Of a stretch of DNA of 64,000 nucleotides, positions 26,328-39,358 are shown in pieces (the stretch's first letter is position 1; the number at the start of each line of letters is the position of its first letter). Below the pieces are notes generated by a model, which worked only from the letters and a program-made list of their open reading frames with translations, did not search any database and was not told where the DNA came from. Origin of the DNA: Lytechinus pictus (Eukaryota); contig NC_087252.1 of the NCBI RefSeq assembly GCF_037042905.1, forward strand, positions 1,118,001 to 1,182,000, in the 5' to 3' direction. The position numbers and the translations under genes were made by a program.

Positions 26328-27083
26328 CCCTAACTAGGCCGGGCTTTTTTGGCTGTTCTGTGGCCGGGGGGGTTGATTCAACCCCCCCTGAGATTTCGGC
26401 CGCCGATCACGCGAGCACCGCAAAAATTTGCATGCTGGTAGTGTGCGATGTAATCTACAAGGCTGTATGGTTAATTTTTCCAAAATAATGAGATTTTATT
26501 TTATATGAATTAATTATGCTAATTTGTGCATAAATCATACTTTTTGCTCTAATTCACTAAATAAAGCTCCTAGAATGCTAATTTTTGGTAAAAATATTCT
26601 TTGTAGCATTCTTAACAATGGCAATTGAAAAAAACTTCGGTTTGGAAATCAATTTCTTATGTATTTTATTGTTTTATGAATTTCTTATGTATTTCACTGT
26701 TTTTCAACCTTTTGTTTTTCTTTGTTTTTTTCACCAGATTTATTGCACAACCTTTTTGAAGCATAATTATGCTAAAATCAATTGATTTCAGCTGTTTAAA
26801 GTAAAAATAATCATATCTTTATGAATAAGATGAGAAAACTCAATTTGCATTGACTTTGTATACAAAATCATGTTTTGGAACAATTTTTAGTCTGACATGC
26901 ACTTACAAAATGTTGCGTAATTTCGGAACTGCGTACCCGGGCGTCGTAAATTTGGTGTCAAAAGATGCGCGAGACTTAAAAGTATAAACTCTGCAAATGG
27001 CGCGGTCAAAAAATTTCGCGCGGCGGAATGATCGCAGAAAATGTTGAGGGGGGGTTGATTCAACCCCCCCGGCCTGTTTAGGG
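26328..27083. mobile_element. piggyBac-like MITE, 24 nt downstream of the exon-2 donor of gene B
   Basis: TTAA|ccctaactaggccgg ... ccggcctgtttaggg|TTAA, with a subterminal ggggggttgattcaacccccc hairpin at both ends. Confidence 0.88.
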
Positions 27084-28304
27084 TTAAGATTGGGGAGTCT
27101 GATTTTTTTTCCTAATCTGTTCAAACTATATTATTTTTAGCCTGGAGTACCCCTTCAAATACTCCAAAATGAACATAATAGGAAAACTTATTTTTCACAT
27201 ATAATAATCTGGTCATTTTATAGGGCGCCAAGATATATTCGTAAAATATCTATACACTAGAAATTGGTCATTCCAACACATGACTTTACATGTATGCACA
27301 TCCCTCAATTCCCTGGGAAGTATTGTCATTACTATGTTGCATTATTATTGTTGTTATTATTATTTTCATTATTATTAGTAGTAGTAGAATAGTAGTAGTA
27401 GTAGTAGTAGTAGTAGAGGTTCTATGATATTTGCTCCAGCGAAATTTGCTCCGCTCTAAATTCCACACACTAATCGAATGACCAACTTCAACCCTGGGTT
27501 TAACACTATACCCTACCCTACAACTACAGATAAAACCCTATTGCAACCCTAAACCTTAGTCGAAATTAAGCCCGGAGCAATTGTCGCAAGAGCAAATGTC
27601 ATATCACTGTAGTAGTAGTAATAGTACTAGTGGTAGTGTTACTACTACTACTACTACTATTGTTATCATCACTATCATTACTTGGAGGGCCACTTCCATT
27701 GATGAGTGGATACTAGGCCTGACCAAAGAAACGCGTAAAAAGGATCTCTTTTTCAAGAATTGGCACGTTACGTACGTAACATGATAAGGGTGTCAAAAAC
27801 ACTAAAATACTGAAGAAAAGGGTATATTTGATATTTTGATAGGAAAGCTATAGGTTTACGGTCAAATTTGCGTGGGTATAAAAAAGATTGAAATGCTTTA
27901 TAAAGGATGTATTCTTTGCCCCAACACTTAATATGTTCAGAGTCCGATTGGGCGAGGTGTGGGAGGTGGGGTGGTACTAAACCCAGTGTTAGTAAAGGTA
28001 CAGCCGACATCCGTGATCACGTCATAACAATTAAAATATCGGCGTCCTTGTTTTAGGGGTCATTCAGGGAATATTTGTCAAGAGTACCGTTTTGATTCCA
28101 ATATTTGTTATGGGTAGGGTTTTATACGCCAATGGGGATGCATTTTCAGAATATGGAAAACACTTGTTTAGGGTGCTTTTCGAAACCTCATGGTTGCGCC
28201 TGGTATCCCCTTGTCAACATAAGTGCCCCCCCCCCCCCGGTATCATTATTATGTTGCATCATACTATTTATAGTATTATGTAACTTTTTTCATCCTCGAC
28301 CCAG

Positions 28305-28458
28305 GTACGGTGACCTTGATGTCTTGGTAGAGTTAAAAAAGGAGCAGCGAGGATCCAGAAACAAAAGAATGAAGATCTCCAAGTTCCTGAGCCATTATGG
28401 TGTTGAAGACTGGTATGTGGTGACAGTTCTACCGGACGAGATGAGACATGAAATACAG
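28305..28458 (+). CDS. Gene B exon 3 (YGDLDVLVELKKE...DEMRHEIQ)
   Basis: cccag acceptor, CAG|gtgatt donor, phase 2-0. Lies within ORF 28105..28488. Confidence 0.9.
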
Positions 28459-29029
28459 GTGATTCACCTATTCATCCAATCAGATTGAAGGATTTCAGTA
28501 GCTTTTAACTGTTATTGTAAATTTGCTATTGTATCAGGTTTTATGAAACTGCCCCAATGGTGCAGCAGCAGGTGCTCCCAAATGATTTTTCCAGAAGTGA
28601 AAAAAGAAAGAAGAAGAAACAGGGGGAAAGGAAGAAAGAAGATCAGAAAAAAGAGTTTGCCAAATTGAGAATAAATATCATTACATTCAGGTCATCACCC
28701 CCCCCCCCCCCATCAAAATATCCCTGTGCCGTTCCTGACACTTACCGTAGCAGATTCTAATTCGACCAATAAAATTTCTTTCACTTTCCTATTATTTGTA
28801 TATCTACTAAAAGGATATTCAAAAACTTTTTTTAATATTTTCAAGTCTTCAAAATAAATATTTCATTTCTTGTTATGTTGTAATATTAAGTGCAAACAGT
28901 TTTTTTGGTTCAGACAGGAATCACCTGAGCTTTTCAGACTAAGCTATACCTTTTTTTTAAAAAGATATCTGCATTAGAAAATTTGTGTTTCTTTACCACC
29001 AAATTAAAGAGAGGTACATGTAGACGTAA

Positions 29030-32000
29030 TTCTCTATCTCTTTCATGGTGGTTTATTTCTAGGAACCCGATAGCTTGTTGTGTGGAAACTTCAAGTGGTT
29101 CATGATTATCAATCTCTTTCATTGTGGTATTTGCAAGGTACCCAAACCCTGCTGTGTGATACCTTCAAAATAGCATATGATTACCAATCTCTCTCATTGT
29201 GGTTCTTTGCTAGGTACCCAAACCCTGCTGTGTGGTACCTTCAAAATAGCATATGATTATCAATCTCTTTCATTGTGGTATTTGCAAGGTACCCAAACCC
29301 TGCTGTGTGATACCTTCAAAATAGCATATGATTACCAATCTCTTTCATTGTGGTTCTTTGCTAGGTACCCAAACCCTGCTGTGTGGTACCTTCAAAATAG
29401 CATATGATTATCAATCTCTTTCATTGTGGTATTTGCAAGGTACCCAAACCCTGCTGTGTGATACCTTCAAAATAGCATATGATTATCAATCTCTTTCATT
29501 GTGGTTCTTTGCTAGGTACCCAAACCCTGCTGTGTGATACCTTCAAAATAGCATATGATTATCAATCTCTTTCATTGTGGTATTTGCAAGGTACCCAAAC
29601 CCTGCTGTGTGATACCTTCAAAATAGCATATGATTACCAATCTCTTTCATTGTGGTATTTGCAAGGTACCCAAACCCTGCTGTGTGATACCTTCAAAATA
29701 GCATATGATTATCAATCTCTTTCATTGTGGTATTTGCAAGGTACCCAAACCCTGCTGTGTGGTACCTTCAAAATAGCATATGATTATCAATCTCTTTCAT
29801 TGTGGTTCTTTGCTAGGTACCCAAACCCTGCTGTGTGATACCTTCAAAATAGCATATGATTATCAATCTCTTTCATTGTGGTATTTGCAAGGTACCCAAA
29901 CCCTGCTGTGTGGTACCTTCAAAATAGCATATGATTATCAATCTCTTTCATTGTGGTATTTGCAAGGTACCCAAACCCTGCTGTGTGATACCTTCAAAAT
30001 AGCATATGATTATCAATCTCTTTCATTGTGGTTCTTTGCTAGGTACCCAAACCCTGCTGTGTGGTACCTTCAAAATAGCATATGATTATCAATCTCTTTC
30101 ATTGTGGTTCTTTGCTAGGTACCCAAACCCTGCTGTGTGGTACCTTCAAAATAGCATATGATTATCAATCTCTTTCATTGTGGTATTTGCAAGGTACCCA
30201 AACCCTGCTGTGTGATACCTTCAAAATAGCATATGATTACCAATCTCTTTCATTGTGGTTCTTTGCTAGGTACCCAAACCCTGCTGTGTGATACCTTCAA
30301 AATAGCATATGATTATCAATCTCTTTCATTGTGGTATTTGCAAGGTACCCAAACCCTGCTGTGTGATACCTTCAAAATAGCATATGATTATCAATCTCTT
30401 TCATTGTGGTATTTGCAAGGTACCCAAACCCTGCTGTGTGGTACCTTCAAAATAGCATATGATTACCAATCTCTTTCATTGTGGTATTTGCAAGGTACCC
30501 AAACCCTGCTGTGTGGTACCTTCAAAATAGCATATGATTATCAATCTCTTTCATTGTGGTATTTGCAAGGTACCCAAACCCTGCTGTGTGATACCTTCAA
30601 AATAGCATATGATTACCAATCTCTTTCATTGTGGTTCTTTGCTAGGTACCCAAACCCTGCTGTGTGATACCTTCAAAATAGCATATGATTATCAATCTCT
30701 TTCATTGTGGTATTTGCAAGGTACCCAAACCCTGCTGTGTGGTACCTTCAAAATAGCATATGATTATCAATCTCTTTCATTGTGGTATTTGCAAGGTACC
30801 CAAACCCTGCTGTGTGATACCTTCAAAATAGCATATGATTACCAATCTCTTTCATTGTGGTTCTTTGCTAGGTACCCAAACCCTGCTGTGTGATACCTTC
30901 AAAATAGCATATGATTATCAATCTCTTTCATTGTGGTATTTGCAAGGTACCCAAACCCTGCTGTGTGGTACCTTCAAAATAGCATATGATTATCAATCTC
31001 TTTCATTGTGGTTCTTTGCTAGGTACCCAAACCCTGCTGTGTGATACCTTCAAAATAGCATATGATTATCAATCTCTTTCATTGTGGTATTTGCAAGGTA
31101 CCCAAACCCTGCTGTGTGGTACCTTCAAAATAGCATATGATTACCAATCTCTTTCATTGTGGTTCTTTGCTAGGTACCCAAACCCTGCTGTGTGGTACCT
31201 TCAAAATAGCATATGATTATCAATCTCTTTCATTGTGGTATTTGCAAGGTACCCAAACCCTGCTGTGTGATACCTTCAAAATGGCATATAATTACCAATC
31301 TCTTTCATTGTGGTATTTGCAAGGTACCCAAACCCTGCTGTGTGATACCTTCAAAATAGCATATGATTATCAATCTCTTTCATTGTGGTTCTTTGCTAGG
31401 TACCCAAACCCTGCTGTGTGATACCTTCAAAATAGCATATGATTATCAATCTCTTTCATTGTGGTATTTGCAAGGTACCCAAACCCTGCTGTGTGATACC
31501 TTCAAAATAGCATATGATTATCAATCTCTTTCATTGTGGTATTTGCTAGGTACCCAAACCCTGCTGTGTGATACCTTCAAAATAGCATATGATTATCAAT
31601 CTCTTTCATTGTGGTTCTTTGCTAGGTACCCAAACCCTGCTGTGTGGTACCTTCAAAATAGCATATAATTACCAATCTCTTTCATTGTGGTTCTTTGCTA
31701 GGTACCCAAACCCTGCTGTGTGGTACCTTCAAAATAGCATATGATTATCAATCTCTTTCATTGTGGTTCTTTGCTAGGTACCCAAACCCTGCTGTGTGGT
31801 ACCTTCAAAATAGCATATGATTATCAATCTCTTTCATTGTGGTTCTTTGCTAGGTACCCAAACCCTGCTGTGTGGTACCTTCAAAATAGCATATGATTAT
31901 CAATCTCTTTCATTGTGGTTCTTTGCTAGGTACCCAAACCCTGCTGTGTGATACCTTCAAAATAGCATATGATTATCAATCTCTTTCATTGTGGTTCTTT

Positions 32001-33984
32001 GCTAGGTACCCAAACCCTGCTGTGTGATACCTTCAAAATAGCATATGATTATCAATCTCTTTCATTGTGGTTCTTTGCTAGGTACCCAAACCCTGCTGTG
32101 TGGTACCTTCAAAATAGCATATGATTACCAATCTCTCTCATTGTGGTTCTTTGCTAGGTACCCAAACCCTGCTGTGTGGTACCTTCAAAATAGCATATGA
32201 TTATCAATCTCTTTCATTGTGGTTCTTTGCTAGGTACCCAAACCCTGCTGTGTGGTACCTTCAAAATAGCATATGATTATCAATCTCTTTCATTGTGGTA
32301 TTTGCAAGGTACCCAAACCCTGCTGTGTGGTACCTTCAAAATAGCATATGATTATCAATCTCTTTCATTGTGGTTCTTTGCTAGGTACCCAAACCCTGCT
32401 GTGTGATACCTTCAAAATAGCATATGATTATCAATCTCTTTCATTGTGGTTCTTTGCTAGGTACCCAAACCCTGCTGTGTGGTACCTTCAAAATAGCATA
32501 TGATTACCAATCTCTCTCATTGTGGTTCTTTGCTAGGTACCCAAACCCTGCTGTGTGGTACCTTCAAAATAGCATATGATTATCAATCTCTTTCATTGTG
32601 GTTCTTTGCTAGGTACCCAAACCCTGCTGTGTGGTACCTTCAAAATAGCATATGATTATCAATCTCTTTCATTGTGGTTCTTTGCTAGGTACCCAAACCC
32701 TGCTGTGTGGTACCTTCAAAATAGCATATGATTATCAATCTCTTTCATTGTGGTTCTTTGCTAGGTACCCAAAACCTGCTGTGTGATACCTTCAAAATAG
32801 CATATGATTATCAATCTCTTTCATTGTGGTTCTTTGCTAGGTACCCAAACCCTGCTGTGTGGTACCTTCAAAATAGCATATAATTACCAATCTCTTTCAT
32901 TGTGGTATTTGCAAGGTACCCAAACCCTGCTGTGTGGTACCTTCAAAATGGCATATAATTACCAATCTCTCTCATTGTGGTTCTTTGCTAGGTACCCAAA
33001 CCCTGCTGTGTGGTACCTTCAAAATAGCATATGATTATCAATCTCTTTCATTGTGGTTCTTTGCTAGGTACCCAAACCCTGCTGTGTGGTACCTTCAAAA
33101 TAGCATATGATTATCAATCTCTTTCATTGTGGTTCTTTGCTAGGTACCCAAACCCTGCTGTGTGGTACCTTCAAAATAGCATATGATTATCAATCTCTTT
33201 CATTGTGGTTCTTTGCTAGGTACCCAAACCCTGCTGTGTGATACCTTCAAAATAGCATATGATTATCAATCTCTTTCATTGTGGTTCTTTGCTAGGTACC
33301 CAAACCCTGCTGTGTGGTACCTTCAAAATGGCATATAATTACCAATCTCTCTCATTGTGGTTCTTTGCTAGGTACCCAAACCCTGCTGTGTGGTACCTTC
33401 AAAATAGCATATGATTATCAATCTCTTTCATTGTGGTTCTTTGCTAGGTACCCAAACCCTGCTGTGTGGTACCTTCAAAATAGCATATGATTATCAATCT
33501 CTTTCATTGTGGTTCTTTGCTAGGTACCCAAACCCTGCTGTGTGGTACCTTCAAAATAGCATATGATTATCAATCTCTTTCATTGTGGTTCTTTGCTAGG
33601 TACCCAAACCCTGCTGTGTGATACCTTCAAAATAGCATATGATTATCAATCTCTTTCATTGTGGTTCTTTGCTAGGTACCCAAACCCTGCTGTGTGGTAC
33701 CTTCAAAATAGCATATGATTATCAATCTCTTTCATTGTGGTTCTTTGCTAGGTACCCAAAAACTGCTGTTTGGTACCTTCAAATGGCACATTATTGTCTA
33801 TCTCTTTCATTGTGGTTCTTTGCTAGGTACCCAAACCCTGCTGTGTGGTACATGTACCTTCAAAATAGCATATGATTATCAATCTCTTTCATTGTGGTTC
33901 TTTGCTAGGTACCCAAACCCTGCTGTGTGGTACCTTCAAAATGGCATATAATTACCAATCTCTTTCATTGTGGTTCTTTGCTAG
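29030..33984 (+). repeat. Intronic minisatellite, about 64 x 75/76 bp, derived from the exon-4 3' splice junction of gene B
   Basis: Unit ...tctttcattgtgg(ttctttgctag/tatttgcaag)|gtacccaaaccctgctgtgtg(g/a)taccttcaaaatagcatatgattatcaatc runs directly into the true exon gtacccaagagcctgctatgtggtaccttcaag. Confidence 0.97.
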
Positions 33985-34176
33985 GTACCCAAGAGCCTGC
34001 TATGTGGTACCTTCAAGCGGTTCATCCAGGAGACCAACCTATGGATCAGCAGCGGAGGAACAGCATCGGTCATCCACTATGACGCTGATCACAACCTTCA
34101 CTGCCTACTGGCTGGGAAAAAGAACTTCATCATGATACACCCAAAGTTTGCCAAGTACTTGGAAATGGCAGAAAAG
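33985..34176 (+). CDS. Gene B exon 4: catalytic HxD (VPKSLLCGTFKRFIQETNLWISSGGTASVIHYDADHNLHCLLAGKKNFIMIHP...)
   Basis: tttgctag acceptor, AAG|gtaagg donor, 192 nt, phase 0-0. FIH/JMJD5/TYW5-like pattern LW....T...HYD...N......G.K. Confidence 0.92.
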
Positions 34177-34194
34177 GTAAGGTTGTTGGATTGC

Positions 34195-34690
34195 TTGAGG
34201 GAGGGAGGGAGAGAGAGAGAATGGATGAGAGATTAAAGAGAGAGAGGAAGATGAGAGGCGGGGTGGTAGGGATGAGAGAAAGAGGGAGTGTGGGAAGAAT
34301 AGATTAGATGCGGGGAAGAGGAGTTGAAGGAAGAGAGGAAATAAAGGATGGGGAGGAGTGGAATGTTGAAGGGTGGAAAAAAGGAGCTGAAAGAAGGGAG
34401 GGAGAGAAACAAAACAAAAAACCAAGAGAAGAAGTGAAGATAGAGGTAAGAAGGAAGAGTGGAAGAGATTGAGCAAAGAATGGAGGAAAATGAATGGAAG
34501 GAAGGGAGTGAGGCAGAGGGAAAGGAGAGAAAGTATGAGGGAGAAAAGGTGGGATGGATAGAAGACTTGGAGAGAAAGGAAAAGAAAGAATGAGAGGAAG
34601 GGAAGAAGGATGAAGGAGGAAAAATAAATGGGATGGTAAAGGAAAGAATGAGTGGAGAGGGGGCAATGAGGGGGTGAAAATGAAAATAAG
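34195..34690 (+). repeat. Purine-rich (GA) low-complexity tract immediately after exon 4
   Basis: Almost exclusively G/A on the plus strand. Confidence 0.9.
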
Positions 34691-37279
34691 AAATATCCAC
34701 ATACCTGTATTATGGTTTAATAGATTACATATTTTTTTATATTATGAAATTTTAGATATTCTAAACGTCTCTGCCCCAATGGTAGTTTTCAGTCACTTGA
34801 TCAGAAGTCTTTCCTTGCTCTACAAAAATAAAGTGTAATTGCCCTTTCTTTAGCAGAGCAGATGATATTTCATTAATAACCATTAATACGCTCCCCGGAT
34901 ATCATTAGCTTATATTCTTGAAACATGACCCGATCACTCAAAATGTGTTTTGGTTTCTGTCATGAATACACATTGTTATCCTGCCAATCAAGATATTTGA
35001 TACAATAAAAGCTTCCAAAGATTATTACTAATTTCCATTGATTGAGGATATTAATTGTTCCCCCTGTTAGCTTTCAATTGATACTTAAGTACATGTAAAA
35101 CTAATGGTTTTTTCATTTCTATCGAAAGACAATGACATGTTTGACTTCCACTAATGTAGACTCCTACTTATACTTAGCAATTAATTTTCTTGTTTGTATC
35201 CTCGTACCACATTTCCTAATAGTAATGCACCCCTCCCCCCCAAAAAAAACAGCTAGATAACTTAAATGAATGAATGAATGAAAGAATGAAGTGAATGGAT
35301 AATTATATATTAAATGAATAAATAAATAAATGAATGAATAAATAAATAAATAAAGAAATGAATAAATAGATAAATGAATAACAGATTAAGAAACACAATG
35401 TAAGAAAAGTGTTTCATATCTTTGATTTCCACTGATAATAAAATTGAAAAGGGTAATGTTTACTTTAATCCATTATCAAATACGTTGTATTATGTAGTTG
35501 TGATGTTAGGTACATGTATGGGGGTTTTTTAAAGAAGAAATGTACGAAAGTTGAGATAATCACCAAATAGTCTAGGAGATAGGGGGCTTTATTCAGAATT
35601 TTTGGTGGGGAAGGTTTGACAAGCTTATCCGGGGTAAAATTGTGCGCTGAATCCAAAAATGTCACTCTTATTGACCGTACTCATGCCATTTTGGCAAATT
35701 TTTGACCAAAAATGACAATTTTGACCACTCTTTGGAAAATGGTCCATTAACAGAATGCTTTTGTAGCCACATGCAATTAAAAGGGTCTATCTTATTAAAG
35801 TAAAAATGCACCCAAATTCCAGATAAAGTGGTTTCATTTGCCAAATCACAATAGAAGTGGTCATTTTGGTTATATTTTGGCCAAAAATGCAAATTTACAT
35901 GATTTTTTGTCCGAAATGTGTTACAATTATTGATCAGAGCTACGATTGGATGTCTGTAAAAATCCACATTTATTTTCAAAATGTGCGCTGGAACAATCAA
36001 CCTCATGTAATTTATTCCGTTAGTTTTGACCTGTTAGGGTCATTTTGGGTACTTTAGACATAACTAACCATTCGCGCAGTTTTGCATTATTAACTGTTCA
36101 AATAGGCAGGAAATTGAGGTCTTCAGCATGTTTTATCTTCTTCCCTTATAAAATGATAATGCATTCAAAGTCCTTATTGTGTAGAATTTCATGCTGATTC
36201 CAAATATATCAGTCTTAATGACCCTATTCAATTGCTTATGCTCATTTTGGCCACTTATGGCCCTCAAAATGACCAACGACATCAGTTCAATTTATCCAAA
36301 AATACTTTGAATGTTACCAGAATCGTAACAAGGGTGTGCTGTGACACCTAACTCTGGTGAATGAATCTTTAAAATTGAGCATCCCCAAAGTTGACTACCT
36401 TGGTCATTTTGGCCACCTTGACCCCCGGGATTGAGCCCTGCTCATTGTGTATATTAATCCAGGCTATATCAAACATGATGAGGATAAATTTAAGATTGCG
36501 TTAATATTAGCATCAACTATTGTTAAATGGGGAAAGTTTGAAAGCTTCTGGGTGGAAATCAATGAAATGATTCCACACAGACCAGTTTTATTGGCCTAAC
36601 TATTGGACCCTGTGGTTATTTTGACCACGTTTCCCTCAATATTGACTAGTGACCACACATGCTTTGATGATTCAAAACTGGCTCATATGTAGGTCAGTAT
36701 CATTATCAGCATGAGCTACCATTGATCGGTGAAGAGTGTTAAAAAATTTGATAAAATCCTTTACATCGAGCATACATAAGGTTGTTTGACCATGCACTGT
36801 GGTCATTTACATGATTTTAGCCACCTTGACCACACAGTAAATGTTTATGGAAACCTCACATATATGGGGCAGCAAATTCAGGAATGAGACATTTTAGCAT
36901 CATTTACATGTAATGTTAGGACATTTTTCTAGATTAATGATTCCAAATATATCAGTCTTAATTACCATTTATGAGCTAGTGGTCATTTTGGTCGCTTTTG
37001 GTCCCGACAATGACCAATCATATTTGCATGTATCAAAAAGGATTCAAATGTTGTTGTCGCTCCGTATTGTTAATAAGATGTATTATTGATTTCAATATAA
37101 TACTGCTAATAGTACATAATCAAAATGTTGTAACCATTTTGGCAATTTTGACCATTTATCCCATGTATGACTTTTGTAAATAAACATAACTGAGGAGCAA
37201 TTGTGGAAATGCGTTTCAGTTCCTTTCGATTGGAAATATTGCAAGCTCACCTTGAGTAAAAAATTGTGCCAAATACATC

Positions 37280-37492
37280 CAGCCATGGCGTAATTTCCTT
37301 CAGCAAGAAACTGATCCGCAGTGTGCTGCACTCAACCCAGGTGAGGTAAATGGGTACCGGTAGGAAGTAATTCCTTAAAAAGCTGTGTGCGCTATGAACG
37401 CCTAGCTTAGCCGGGTAATATAGGAGCGCCTTGAGCACCTAACAAGGTGGATATGTGCGCAATATAAATACCCTATATTATTATTATTATTA
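37280..37492 (+). mobile_element. 5'-truncated Deu/Nin-core-type SINE inserted in the left fold-back arm
   Basis: tgcactcaacccaggtg...aaatgggtacc core, L2-like agcgccttgag...gcgcaatataaat 3' end and (ATT)n tail. Absent from the right arm. Confidence 0.7.
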
Positions 37493-38497
37493 TCACCACT
37501 GTCTAATACGGCCCAATTGGTCATTGTATGGTCCTTGAATAGCCATAACATCATTCCCTCCTTTTTAATTTAAATTATACAGAGAACTATGTTCTAGAAG
37601 AAGGCACTAATCCTCAATTCAAAGGTGCGTCATTACAAAGCAATCGGTCAAAGTAAATTTCACGAATAGATTTGACCATGATGCATTTTTTATTACTTTT
37701 GCCATTTTGTATAATGTTTCACAAACCTCATATTGGCATGATTGGTAAAGTTGAAAACTTGCCCTAAGTAATATTGTTAAAGAGTGACCAAAAATCGGCA
37801 CAGAGAATAATTTCATATAGAGAATGTGTTTTATTACCCAGTATTCTTCAAAAGAATTAAGGGTTAATTTGCTGCTCACCAATCATGCCAATGTGAGGTT
37901 TGCAAAGCATTGTAAAAAAAAAAAGATGGTCAAAATGAATGATAGTCAAAACTCTTAGTGAACTTCACTGTGACCTATTTCGCTTTGTAAATTCTCAGGC
38001 TATTTAGGACCAAAGGGGGCCAAAGGGGCCACAGTAGACAGTCACAAGATATTTGGCACAATTTTTACTCAAGGTGAGCCTTTTATATTTCCCATCAAAA
38101 GGGATTGAACGCATTTCATCAAGTTCATAGACCTACAATTGCTGCTCAGTCATGTTTATTTCAAAATTCACACATTGGATAAACAGTCAAAGTAGCCAAA
38201 ATGGTCACATTTTGATTATGTACTATTGTTAATATCATATTGAATTAAATAATTTGTCACTGATTATGATTGATACAACAAATCTTACAAAAATACAGAG
38301 CAACAACATTGGAATACTTTTGATGCATCCACTTGTCATTGCTAATTGTAGGGACCAAAATGACCAATAAATAGTAATTAAGACTGATATATTTGAAATC
38401 ATGGTATTAATCTGATTCAAAAAGTTTTTGCAATATGTCCTATCTAATATAAAATGATGCTAATAATATCTCATTCCTGAATTTGTTTCCATGAATA

Positions 38498-39358
38498 GGG
38501 GAAGGCGGGGTAAGTTGAGCATAGGGGCAAGTTGAGCCACCACCCCCAGGCCAATAATGAATGAGTCAGACATTATGGCGGTGTCATGTATTGATGACCC
38601 ATTTACATAACCCTTAACCCCACCACATTGTTTTCAACTTTGAAACAAAAAGTACTTTTTAGAGGGAAAAATACAAATTTCAGCCAAAAAAGTAAAAAAG
38701 GGTGTGAAATAGATAAGTGTTTTTTACACACACACGTCTTTACATATAAAAAGACATAAGAACAACATTGTCAGTCCAGGTATGGATCTTCATTCTTGTC
38801 ACAGTCTTTTACATGATGGATGCATAAGAAATGTGTAGATGCGAAATTATCTCATTAAGTTCGGACTGGGGTAAGTTGAGCCTGCCAACATGGGGCAAGT
38901 TGAGCCATTGTAATTCTTATGGTAATGTAAATTAAAAAAAACAATCAAACCTTAAAAAGCCATCGATATGCAGGCAGAAAAGAGCAAATTCACATGACAG
39001 TTCTTTTACTTTTAGAAAATGTTAGTATTTATAAAGAATTAGCAAGTGAAAAGACTTTAAATTAAAAATTGACATGCTGGTTCTTCCCGCATACATTTTG
39101 TACATAGTTTTTGTGGCTCAAATTACCCTAAAAGGTGACACAACTTACCCCACAGATGGGGCAAGTTGTGCCACTTGACATCGTTTTTTTCAAACGTCAC
39201 AACTACTTTCAGTGTGGGGGTAGAACGTTGTATATAGGTGAAAAAGATTTCCCAAGAATCATATTCAAAGGCAAGGTACTTATTTCTACAATATTATTAG
39301 TCATATCAATTATGTCATGCAAAATGCAAAAAGTGTCACAACTTACCCCGCCTTCCCC
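38498..39358. mobile_element. TA-TSD non-autonomous DNA transposon nested in the right fold-back arm
   Basis: TA|ggggaaggcggggtaagttg ... caacttaccccgccttcccc|TA with internal ggggcaagttgagcc repeats. Confidence 0.85.

Noticed and set aside
29103..33984. CRISPR-like array or repeat-protein ORFs (GTQTLLCGTFKIAYDYQSLSLW...)
   Set aside because: Units are head-to-tail with no unique spacers, there are no cas genes, and the context is eukaryotic. The ORFs are by-products of 75-bp units, are broken by every 76-bp unit, and are out of frame with the exon-3 donor.
34105..34702. Hydrophobic F/L/S/P-rich minus-strand ORFs
   Set aside because: Antisense reading of a polypurine low-complexity tract.
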